Positions 19,072-26,919 of a stretch of 61,685 nt of DNA are shown one piece after another. Location of the stretch: the NCBI RefSeq assembly GCF_017302985.1, contig NZ_JAFIMU010000011.1, positions 1 through 61,685 of the forward strand, read 5' to 3'. The notes beneath the pieces were generated by a model. The model saw nothing but the letters and a program-made list of their open reading frames with translations. It did not search any database and was not told the DNA's origin. The stretch comes from Corallococcus macrosporus. Lineage in GTDB: Bacteria; Myxococcota; Myxococcia; Myxococcales; Myxococcaceae. The first letter of the stretch is position 1; each line of letters starts with the position of its first letter. Position numbers and translations under genes: made by a program.

Positions 19072-19740
19072 TCAGTGGATGGGCTTCCCGGGCTTCAGCC
19101 GGGCCTGCCCGCCCGAGCCTCCCTTCACCTCGATGCGCTTGCCCTGCGGCTGGGGCTGCGGAAGCTTCAGGGAGACCTCCAGCACGCCGTTCTCGAAGTT
19201 CGCCTGGACCGTCTCCGTGTCGATGCCTTCTGGCAGCGGGATGGCCCGGTGGAACGAACCGGTGCTGCGCTCCAGGCTCCAGACCCCTTCGGTCTCCGAC
19301 TCCTCCTCCTTCTCGAAGCTGCGCTCGCCCTCAATCACAAGCATGTCGCTCAGCAGCTCGACGTGGATGTCCTCCTGCTTCATTCCCGGTAGGTCTGCCT
19401 TCACGATGAGATTGCCGTTGCGCTCCAGCACGTCCACCTGCGGTGACCAGAGGCCCTCGTCCAGCACGCTGCTCCGGCCGATGAGGCCCCTGCCCCCGAA
19501 GTCGGTGAAGAGCTGATCCATGTCCTCCATCATCCGGCGCAGCAGTCCAAACGGGCTCAGGGGAATGGCCTCCCGCCCGGTGATGGGGGCGTAGGACTCG
19601 CGGCGGGTGATGCCCGTACCCTTCCTGGGCTCCTGGGCCTGCGAGCCGCCGCCCTGCACGTCGTCGGCCTGGGTGTTCTTCACGGCGGGCGAGGAAGAGG
19701 GCCCCCCCTTCGCCCCCGGATTCGGGTTGTTCGTTGCCAT
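19072..19740 (-). CDS. Hsp20/alpha-crystallin small heat-shock protein with disordered N-terminal extension
   Basis: Alpha-crystallin domain 'WSPQVDVLERNGNLIVKADLPGMKQEDIHVELLSDMLVIEGER...FHRAIPLPEGIDTETVQANFENGVLEVSL'. Strong SD GGGGGAGGA 4 nt before the ATG. Confidence 0.85.
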   Translation of the reverse strand: MATNNPNPGAKGGPSSSPAVKNTQADDVQGGGSQAQEPRKGTGITRRESYAPITGREAIPLSPFGLLRRMMEDMDQLFTDFGGRGLIGRSSVLDEGLWSPQVDVLERNGNLIVKADLPGMKQEDIHVELLSDMLVIEGERSFEKEEESETEGVWSLERSTGSFHRAIPLPEGIDTETVQANFENGVLEVSLKLPQPQPQGKRIEVKGGSGGQARLKPGKPIH

Positions 19741-19900
19741 GACATCCTCCCCCGGTGGAGTCCGGCTGGCGCCCGGCCGCCGGCTCGCACCGGTGACTCA
19801 AGCGGGGATGGAAGTATCCCCCATCCAAATTAGCCGTGCGTGCGGGACCATCAAGGGCGCGGGGTTCGAGCCCCGCTGTCTGTCATTGGCGGCAGCCTCG

Positions 19901-20788
19901 CTACGCGAGCAGCGTGGCGTCCATCACGGTGAGGGCCACCCCGCCCACGCGGGCCCGCTCGATGTGGCCCGGCCGCCCGGTGACCTGGATGTCGATGCGG
20001 CCCGGCTTGCCCAGCGTGTCGCCCTGCTCGACGCGGCTGGCCACCGTGCCGCCCTGCTCGGGCAGCCGGAGGCTCCCATGCTCGGCCAGGTACGCCGCCA
20101 GCGGCCCCGCGGCGGAGCCCGTCACGGGGTCCTCCAGGATGCCGAACCCCGGGACGAAGTAGCGCGCCTGGGCCGCGCTCCCCTCCTCCTTCGCTTCGCG
20201 GGTGAAGAGGTAGACGCCGCGCAAGCCGTGCGGCATCAGCAGCGCGTTCATCGCCGCGCCTCGCGGCGTCAGCGCCTCCAGGTCCGCGAGCCGCCGCAGC
20301 GGCACCACCAGCCGGTGGCCCTGGCGGATCACCGGCAGCGTCGGGTCCACCTGCGCGGCCGTCCCGCCAAGCGTGGCCATCAGCGCCTCCATGGCCACGG
20401 GGTTGGGCTCAGCGGGGGGCTGAGGCGTGGTGATCCACACGCGCGTCCCTTGCCCGCCCCGGGGCTCCAGCTCGATGCCGAAGGTGCCACCGGGGCACTC
20501 CAGCGTGTACGTCCCCGGGCACTTCAGCAGCCCCTTCTCCGCGAGCAGGTGGAAGGTGGCCACCGTGGCGTGGCCGCAGAAGGGAATCTCATCCACGGGC
20601 GTGAAGTAGCGCAGGCGCACCGTGGCGTCGCCGGGCCGGGACAGGACGAAGGCGGTCTCCGACGCGCTGACGGCCGCGGCGGTCCGCTGCATCGTCGGGA
20701 CGTCCAGCGCCGTGGCGTCGAGCACCACGCCCGCGCGGTTTCCTGCACCGGCGGTGCGGGTGAAGGCATCGATGATGTGGACCTGCAT
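19901..20788 (-). CDS. PhzF-family isomerase
   Basis: 'MQVHIIDAFTRTAGAGNRAGVV' and the PhzF/DAP-epimerase-like fold along the full length. Confidence 0.8.
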   Translation of the reverse strand: MQVHIIDAFTRTAGAGNRAGVVLDATALDVPTMQRTAAAVSASETAFVLSRPGDATVRLRYFTPVDEIPFCGHATVATFHLLAEKGLLKCPGTYTLECPGGTFGIELEPRGGQGTRVWITTPQPPAEPNPVAMEALMATLGGTAAQVDPTLPVIRQGHRLVVPLRRLADLEALTPRGAAMNALLMPHGLRGVYLFTREAKEEGSAAQARYFVPGFGILEDPVTGSAAGPLAAYLAEHGSLRLPEQGGTVASRVEQGDTLGKPGRIDIQVTGRPGHIERARVGGVALTVMDATLLA

Positions 20789-20932
20789 GGGCGGACTCCG
20801 GCCAGGGGAAGGGGCTGGGAAACGGCGCAGGCATGCTCCGCTCCCCCGCTGGCGTCAAGCGCTGGACCGACGCACACGGACGCCGCACAACGGGGTTGAA
20901 CAGGAGGGCGCGAGCAGGCACAGCGATGGCGC

Positions 20933-21709
20933 ATGGGTCTCCTGAAGTCGTGTGGGTGGGTGGTGCTGGGGGTGCTGCTCCACGCGAGCAGCGCGGCGGC
21001 ACAGATCGTCAACGTGCAGGCGCTCTTCGATGAGAAGGCGGAGCTGGGGCCGGCCGCGGCCATCGAGCTGGGCGGCGACTGGCGCACGGGCAGCACGGAG
21101 CTGTTCTCCATCCGGGGCTCGCTGGTAGGGCAGCTGCGCTCCGAGCGGGACGTCTGGCTGGGCGTCATCCGGGGCGAGTACTCGTTCGCCAGCGGTGAGC
21201 GCATCGTCAGCCAGGTGCTGGAGCACGTGCGCTACCGGCGCAGGTTCAACGATCGGGTGTCGGGCGAGGTCTTCGCGCAGCACGAGTACAACGAGTTCCG
21301 CCGGCTCCAGTTCCGGGCGCTGCTGGGCGCGGGTCCCCGCTTCGTGCTGCTCAACACGGAGGCCACGGGGCTCACCTTCGGCGTGGCGCTGATGGTGGAG
21401 CACGAGCGGCTGCGCAAGGACGGCGAGGTGGACGCGGGAGACCGCTACACGGATCCCCGCGTGTCCAGCTACCTGCTGGCCCGGGTGAAGCTGATGGAGA
21501 ACATCAACCTGGTGGAGACGGTCTACTTCCAGCCGCGCGTCACCCGCCCCTCCGACCTGCGCGTGCTCAACGAGACGCTGTTCGCGGTGACGCCCAATCC
21601 CCGGGTCACGGTGGGCATCGGCTTCAACCTCACCTACGACAGCGCGCCGCCCGCGACGGTGCCGCCGCTGGACACGCAGCTGCGCACCACCGTGGGCGTG
21701 AAGTTCTAG
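20933..21709 (+). CDS. DUF481-like putative outer-membrane beta-barrel protein
   Basis: N-terminal signal peptide 'MGLLKSCGWVVLGVLLHASSAAAQ', alternating beta-strand pattern, C-terminal aromatic residue (…VGVKF). Confidence 0.55.
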   Translation: MGLLKSCGWVVLGVLLHASSAAAQIVNVQALFDEKAELGPAAAIELGGDWRTGSTELFSIRGSLVGQLRSERDVWLGVIRGEYSFASGERIVSQVLEHVRYRRRFNDRVSGEVFAQHEYNEFRRLQFRALLGAGPRFVLLNTEATGLTFGVALMVEHERLRKDGEVDAGDRYTDPRVSSYLLARVKLMENINLVETVYFQPRVTRPSDLRVLNETLFAVTPNPRVTVGIGFNLTYDSAPPATVPPLDTQLRTTVGVKF

Positions 21710-21724
21710 GGGTAGACTCCGGAC

Positions 21725-22576
21725 ATGGCATCCCATCCCGTTCCCGCACCCGTCGCCCTCCTTGGAGGCGGCAAGCTCGCCGAAGCCATCATCCAGGGGC
21801 TGCTGCGCTCCGGCCACGCGCGTCCGTCCGACCTCCGCGTCACAGTCCGCCGCTCCGAGCGCGGCGAGGAGCTGCGTTCCCGGTACGGCGTGAACGTCCT
21901 CACGGACAACGCGCAGGCGGTGCGCGGCGCGGCGGTGGTCCTGCTGGTGGTCCGGCAGGCGCAGATGCGCGAGCTGATGGCGCTCATCTCCCCGGCCCTG
22001 GAGCCGGGTCAGACCGTGGTGTCGCTTTCCGCGGACGTGCGGCTCGCGCAGCTGGAAGCCGCGCTGCCCTCCAGCGTCTCCGTGCTCCGCGCCATGCCCC
22101 ACACGCCCGTGCGAGTGGGCGCGGGAGTGACGCCCCTGACGCCCGGGACGCGGGTGACGGAGACCGCGCGGCGGGCCGCGGAGTCGCTCTTCGCGGCAAC
22201 AGGCCGGCCGCTTTGGGTGTCCGAGGAAGCGCTCACGGTGTGCACCGGCGTCTCTGGTACGGGCCCCGCGTATGTCTTCCGGTTCGTGGAGGCGCTGGCC
22301 CAGGCCGCGATGGCGCACGGGATGGACGCGGCGGAGGCGGCGGAGCTCGCTCGAGGAACGCTCATCGGCGCGGCGAAGCTGCTGGCCGAACCCGACGCCA
22401 GCACCCCGCGCCTCATCGCGGAGGTGGCGACGCCGGGAGGCATCACCGAGGCGGGACTGAAGACGCTGGAAGCCCAGGGCCTCGCCCGCGTCGTGGGTGA
22501 AGCGGTGTCCGTCGCCATCCAACGCACGAGGGAGCGCGCGGACGCCTCCGCCGCGGCCTACGTCACGCCGAAGTGA
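21725..22576 (+). CDS. proC: Pyrroline-5-carboxylate reductase
   Basis: NAD(P)-binding 'LLGGGKLAEAIIQGL' and a ProC C-terminal dimerization region. Confidence 0.85.
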   Translation: MASHPVPAPVALLGGGKLAEAIIQGLLRSGHARPSDLRVTVRRSERGEELRSRYGVNVLTDNAQAVRGAAVVLLVVRQAQMRELMALISPALEPGQTVVSLSADVRLAQLEAALPSSVSVLRAMPHTPVRVGAGVTPLTPGTRVTETARRAAESLFAATGRPLWVSEEALTVCTGVSGTGPAYVFRFVEALAQAAMAHGMDAAEAAELARGTLIGAAKLLAEPDASTPRLIAEVATPGGITEAGLKTLEAQGLARVVGEAVSVAIQRTRERADASAAAYVTPK

Positions 22577-23241
22577 CGCTTGAGCCCCCGCTGGCCTCCA
22601 GACGTGACGATGAGGCCACGGGAGTCAGGCTGACGTTCCACCCACCCCAGCGAGAGCACCCGGGATGCGAGCGCCGCGCCCAGCGCCCCCGCGAGGTGGT
22701 CCCGCCGCTCGCTCCAGTCCAGGCAGCGGTGGGCGAAGTGGCGCCGCTGTTCACGCACGGGCGTCAGGTCGATGCCGAAGTCCTGGAACCAGGCCTCGCT
22801 GCTCGGGGTGAGCGCGAAGGCGCGGCGGCGGAGGGACAGGTGCCCGGCCCGAAGCAGCGCGTCGGTGATGCCCATGCCCAGCCTGCCCGCGAGGTGGTCG
22901 TAGCAGTAGCGCGCGGCCCGCAGGGGCTCCGGAGTCGCTGAAGCGCGAGGCCCCCGCACCGCCACGGTCATCAACGCTTCCACCATCCGCGCCACGGTGG
23001 GCGTGGCGAGGCGGAACACCTTGTTGCGGCCCTGCTTCGTGGAGCGCACCAGCCGGGCCTGCTCCAACCGCTGGAGGTGCGCGGTCGCCGTCGCGGGGCT
23101 GACGCCCGTGCCAAACGCGAGCTCCTTGGCCACGAGTGCCCTGCCCTCCATGAGCAGCTCCAGCATCCGGATCCGCGTGGCGTCCCCCACCGCTCCGGCC
23201 AGCGTCGTGAGGTCCGGCCCTGCATTCATCGTTCGGTCCAT
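22558..23241 (-). CDS. ArsR-family HTH transcriptional regulator with C-terminal extension
   Basis: ArsR HTH 'RIRMLELLMEGRALVAKELAFGTGVSPATATAHLQRLEQARLVRSTKQGRNKVFRL'. Internal ATG at 23241 (or 23229) preferred over the upstream ORF start at 23319. Confidence 0.6.
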   Translation of the reverse strand: MDRTMNAGPDLTTLAGAVGDATRIRMLELLMEGRALVAKELAFGTGVSPATATAHLQRLEQARLVRSTKQGRNKVFRLATPTVARMVEALMTVAVRGPRASATPEPLRAARYCYDHLAGRLGMGITDALLRAGHLSLRRRAFALTPSSEAWFQDFGIDLTPVREQRRHFAHRCLDWSERRDHLAGALGAALASRVLSLGWVERQPDSRGLIVTSGGQRGLKRHFGVT

Positions 23242-23305
23242 GGCGAACCATTTCCTAGCACACGGCCAGGGCGGTGGGAGGAGAGTGCCCGGGAAGCGAG
23301 GACCG

Positions 23306-24427
23306 ATGAAACCGCCCACCGACCCGTATCAGGCCGTCACCCACCCCGACCCCTACCCGTACTACGCGGAGCTTCGCGCCCGAGGCGGCCTGCACCGCAT
23401 CCCCGGCTTCGGCCCGTGGATCGCGGCGGACGCGGCCACCGTCCGCGCCGTGCTCACGAGCGAGCACTGCCGGGTCCGGCCGAAGGCAGAGCCGGTGCCC
23501 TCGCATCTGGAGGGCACCTCCGCCGGAGCACTCTTCGGGCGACTGGTGCGGATGAACGACGGAGGTCCCTACCCTGCCGTGAAGCAGACGCTGTCACGCG
23601 CGTTGCCGGAGGCGCTGCGGGAGGTGGAGGCGGAGAGCCGCCAGTGGGCGAGGCGGTTGTTCACGGAGCCGTCCCTGTCGCGGCTTCCAGACGCGGCCCT
23701 TCAGCTTCCCGTGTTCGTGCTGGCGTCGCTGCTGGGCTTCCCGGAGGACACACTGGAGGCGAGCGTGCAGGACGTGGAGGCCTATGTCCGCTCGGTCGTT
23801 GATCCCACGGTGAGTGGCGAGGGCGCGGCGAGGCTGACCGAGCGCGTGGCAGCCTGTTTCCACGCCACGCCAAGGACCGCGTTCACGACCCTGCTCATGT
23901 CGGGCCTGGGCGCGGAGGACCTGCGCGTTCCGAACGCCGTGGGCCTGCTCACCCAGGCGTATGAAGCGACGGCCGGGCTCCTGGGGGCGACGCTGCGGGC
24001 CATTGCTCGCGAGCCCGCGCTGCGGGAACAGCTCTCCCGGGGCGAGTGCACGCTCGACGATGTGGTCCAGGAGGCGACGCGCCACGAGTCGCCGGTCCAG
24101 AACACGAGGCGCTTCACCCATGCGCCAGCGACCGTCGCGGGTCAGGAGCTGGAGGCCGGTGCGACGGTGGTCGTCGTGCTCGGCGCGGCGAATCGCGATC
24201 CGCGGGAGAATCCCCGGCCCGATGCCTTCCTGCCCCGGCGCGTGGGCCGCCAGACCTTCACCTTCGGCCTGGGCGCGCATGCCTGCCCGGGACCATTGCT
24301 GGCGACGGCGATGGCCACGGCGGCGGCGGAGCATGTGCTCGCGACCGGCGTGGACCTGACGCCGCTGTCGGGCCCCGTCACTTGGCGAGCTTCCACCAAC
24401 ACCCGCGTCCTGGGAGGACTGCGATGA
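23306..24427 (+). CDS. Cytochrome P450
   Basis: Heme-binding loop 'FTFGLGAHACPG' and the ExxR region. In-frame ATG at 23306 with an upstream GGAAG RBS. Stop overlaps the next ATG (ATGA). Confidence 0.85.
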   Translation: MKPPTDPYQAVTHPDPYPYYAELRARGGLHRIPGFGPWIAADAATVRAVLTSEHCRVRPKAEPVPSHLEGTSAGALFGRLVRMNDGGPYPAVKQTLSRALPEALREVEAESRQWARRLFTEPSLSRLPDAALQLPVFVLASLLGFPEDTLEASVQDVEAYVRSVVDPTVSGEGAARLTERVAACFHATPRTAFTTLLMSGLGAEDLRVPNAVGLLTQAYEATAGLLGATLRAIAREPALREQLSRGECTLDDVVQEATRHESPVQNTRRFTHAPATVAGQELEAGATVVVVLGAANRDPRENPRPDAFLPRRVGRQTFTFGLGAHACPGPLLATAMATAAAEHVLATGVDLTPLSGPVTWRASTNTRVLGGLR

Positions 24428-24768
24428 TTGCTGTCATTTTCGAGGTCTGGGAACACGAGGAGCATCGGCAGCGGTACCTGGACCTCGCGGCGGAGCTGCG
24501 CCCACTGCTGGCAGGCATTGATGGCTTCATCTCCATCGAGCGGTTCCAGAGCCTGAGCACACCCGGCAAGTTGCTGTCACTGTCCTACTGGCGCGACGAG
24601 GCCGCGGTGGCGGAATGGCGGCGGCTGGAAGCCCACCGTGAAGCCCAGCGCGAGGGCCGGGAAGGCGTGTTCAGCGACTACCGCCTGCGCGTGGCGCACG
24701 TCGTGAGGGATTACGGCCTGAAGGACCGGGCGGACGTGCCCGCCGACAGTCGCACCGTGCACGGCTGA
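24424..24768 (+). CDS. ABM domain monooxygenase-like protein (translationally coupled to P450)
   Basis: 'MIAVIFEVWEHEEHRQRYLDLAAELRPLLAGIDGFISIERFQS...LSLSYWRDEAAVAEWRRLEAH' matches the ABM fold. Confidence 0.6.
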   Translation: MIAVIFEVWEHEEHRQRYLDLAAELRPLLAGIDGFISIERFQSLSTPGKLLSLSYWRDEAAVAEWRRLEAHREAQREGREGVFSDYRLRVAHVVRDYGLKDRADVPADSRTVHG

Positions 24769-24839
24769 CGCGGCCGACGCACGGCGGCCGTCCCTCGCAT
24801 GCGGGTCATGCCTCCCCCACCTTCTCCTGGGGGTGCACG

Positions 24840-25238
24840 ATGAAGCGAGGCCAATGGAGAGGAGCCTGGGGGCTGGCTGCCGCGCTGCTTGGGCTTCCGG
24901 CGATGGGGCAGCTCGAGGAGCCGCCCGAAGACGCGCCGCAATACTCCTGCTTCGAAGCGGCACGAGAGGCCGGCGTGTTGAGCGAAACCAACGCGGCCCA
25001 GCTCTGCCAGGGAGCCCGTTCGGACGCCCCGGCGAAGTGTTTCCAGCGAGTCCAGGAGGAAGGGTTCCTCTCAGAGCCGCAAGCGCTCCAGCTCTGCCAG
25101 TATGCCCAGCCCTCGGATGATCCCGCGTCCTGTTTCCTCAAGGCGCGGAAGTCCTCGTTCCTGGACGAGACACAGCTCCTGCTGCTCTGCCGCCCGCTCA
25201 TCGCGGATCAGATGAACCTGTATCCCTACGGTCTTTGA
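24840..25238 (+). CDS. Secreted small protein with triplicated cysteine motif
   Basis: Signal peptide, then three ~30-aa repeats 'CF.......G.LSE...A.QLCQ'. Confidence 0.5.
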   Translation: MKRGQWRGAWGLAAALLGLPAMGQLEEPPEDAPQYSCFEAAREAGVLSETNAAQLCQGARSDAPAKCFQRVQEEGFLSEPQALQLCQYAQPSDDPASCFLKARKSSFLDETQLLLLCRPLIADQMNLYPYGL

Positions 25239-25239
25239 C

Positions 25240-25995
25240 TCAAGGGGCTGAGCGCCCGCCAATCGCAGGGAACCGCTCGTAGGCCCGCAGGAGCGCGTCC
25301 AGGTGGGCAGGGGTGTCCAGGTCGAGCGGCGCGTCGGTGAGCTGCACGACCCATCCGCCCGACTCCGTGCGACGCGCTCGCGAAAGCAGGTCCGCATCCC
25401 GGGCCGGGTCCGGGAATCCAATGGCCTGCGCGGCAGCGGCCGACCAGTAGTTCAACCACCCAAGGTAATAGGGAATCTCAGGCGAGCGGATGTGCTCGAA
25501 GAGCTTCAGTGCGGGAAGCCCTCGGCGCGGGGACGGTGGACCTTCCAGAGTGGGAGCAGTCTGATACGCGATGTCCACAGCGGTGTCGTATGGCGTCGCG
25601 TGTCCCCATGACGCGCGCGCTCCTTCCGCCAGGCCCTCGATTACAGCCGCCGCTGACGCGATCACAGGCTCGTCCAGGGGCATTTTTGCGTGCACCTCAA
25701 ACTGGGCCTGACCGCCTGCGCTGAAAAGCCCATCTCTTGCCCTGCCCCAGACCGTCACGGGGTAACGCAGGTCCCCATTGCACACGATGGGAAATCCGCC
25801 GTCCTCAATGCTGTCAAGGAGCCAAGCGTCTCGTTGCGGCAATGCAATGGGGCGCCCGCCTTTGGAGAGGCGCCAATCTAAGCGCAAGCCGGGCAGCGCC
25901 CTCTCCATTCCATGAACGCAATCAGCAGTGCGTCGGTCTTTTCCCACGAGCGCAGGCGCATAGACAATGACAGCAAGTTTTCTTCGCGCAGTCAT
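25240..25995 (-). CDS. Putative immunity protein for the upstream lipoprotein toxin (SitI-like)
   Basis: Start overlaps the stop of the toxin ORF. No recognizable catalytic motifs. GC intermediate between the toxin and the host background. Confidence 0.45.
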   Translation of the reverse strand: MTARRKLAVIVYAPALVGKDRRTADCVHGMERALPGLRLDWRLSKGGRPIALPQRDAWLLDSIEDGGFPIVCNGDLRYPVTVWGRARDGLFSAGGQAQFEVHAKMPLDEPVIASAAAVIEGLAEGARASWGHATPYDTAVDIAYQTAPTLEGPPSPRRGLPALKLFEHIRSPEIPYYLGWLNYWSAAAAQAIGFPDPARDADLLSRARRTESGGWVVQLTDAPLDLDTPAHLDALLRAYERFPAIGGRSAP

Positions 25996-26909
25996 CGCTT
26001 ACACCCTGTGACAACAACATTCAGAGACTGGTCCGCCTGCTGCAGCGCGTCTTTATGCACTTGAGTGCTCACCCCAACAACAAAGCCATACCCACACGCC
26101 GTCGCAGCTCTTCTTTCTTTCGTCAGCTGCTTGACTTCTTTTGCAATCTCTCGCTCCTGGACAAAGTCATTGTAAGTGTCGAACTGATGGGTCTTGATCT
26201 CCCACAGCTTGGGCACGCCGACTTGCAGCGCATCGAAGCGTACACCGTCCACAAGCACGTCCATGCCGGGATAACGGTTGGGCGGGAACTCGTCGGCGCA
26301 CTCATTATGCGCGTCGTCTTCGCCTGCGTGGGGCACGGGAACAGGCTCGCAACTGGCGCGGCCCGTCTGGCCCACGGGCACGGGCGGCACCGGGGGCTGC
26401 CTGCTCTGCCCCGCTGGCTGGGGCTTCAGCCTGGGACTGCGTTGCGCTTCAGCTTCCCGGGAGGCCACCTTCGTTCCACGTGAGGTCCCTGCTTCCTCGG
26501 GGTAGGCGTGGCGGAACTCATACGCATCCAGCTCTTCCTTGATGGCGGCGGCGACCACCACCACGCCAAGCACGATCACGGCTCCCACGGCGATCTCAGG
26601 GGCCGCCAGCACGCAGAACCCGACTCCCACAGCGGCGGCGTCAGCGGAGGCGACCGCGCATCTTCCCTCCGTGTCGTGGAACTCGATCCGGTCATGGTCG
26701 AGGGCCGGGTAGCAGCGCTCCACCAGCACGGGCCAAGGCTGGGAAGCCTCACGAACGACGCACCGCCCCCTGTCCGACCACGGCAGCGTCGCTGCGCGCT
26801 GGAGGTTGGCGTGCCTCGGATTCCGCGCCGCGCGAGCCGCTGGGCTCGGCGCGGACGTAGCGCAGGCAGAGAGGAAGAGAAGAAGTGCGATGCCTGCTCG
26901 GAGATGCAT
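25992..26909 (-). CDS. Lipoprotein polymorphic toxin with C-terminal restriction-endonuclease-fold (PD-(D/E)xK) domain; SitA-like
   Basis: Lipobox 'LLLFLSAC'. Hydrophobic segment 'VGVGFCVLAAPEIAVGAVIVLGVVVVAAAI'. C-terminus 'DVLVDGVRFDALQVGVPKLWEIKTHQ' has a D...E-x-K arrangement. The last ~90 codons show many A/T-ending codons (cat, act, aat, ttt, aaa, gaa, aga, gtt, tgt), unlike host genes. Confidence 0.6.
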   Translation of the reverse strand: MHLRAGIALLLFLSACATSAPSPAARAARNPRHANLQRAATLPWSDRGRCVVREASQPWPVLVERCYPALDHDRIEFHDTEGRCAVASADAAAVGVGFCVLAAPEIAVGAVIVLGVVVVAAAIKEELDAYEFRHAYPEEAGTSRGTKVASREAEAQRSPRLKPQPAGQSRQPPVPPVPVGQTGRASCEPVPVPHAGEDDAHNECADEFPPNRYPGMDVLVDGVRFDALQVGVPKLWEIKTHQFDTYNDFVQEREIAKEVKQLTKERRAATACGYGFVVGVSTQVHKDALQQADQSLNVVVTGCKR

Positions 26910-26919
26910 GGTCCCGTTC

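Noticed and set aside
19857-19883. tRNA-like T-arm (GCGGG-TTCGAGC-CCCGC)
   Set aside because: No complementary acceptor stem or D/anticodon arms in the flanking 80 nt, so it is not a tRNA gene.
19607-20899. 430-aa plus-strand ORF across the PhzF region
   Set aside because: Antisense to a clear PhzF gene. The translation is Gly/Arg/Ala low-complexity.
24840-25238. Repeat structure that might be mistaken for a CRISPR/direct-repeat array
   Set aside because: The repeats are protein-level (in-frame ~90-nt units with diverged nucleotides) inside a coding ORF, not DNA direct repeats with spacers. No CRISPR arrays occur anywhere in the window.
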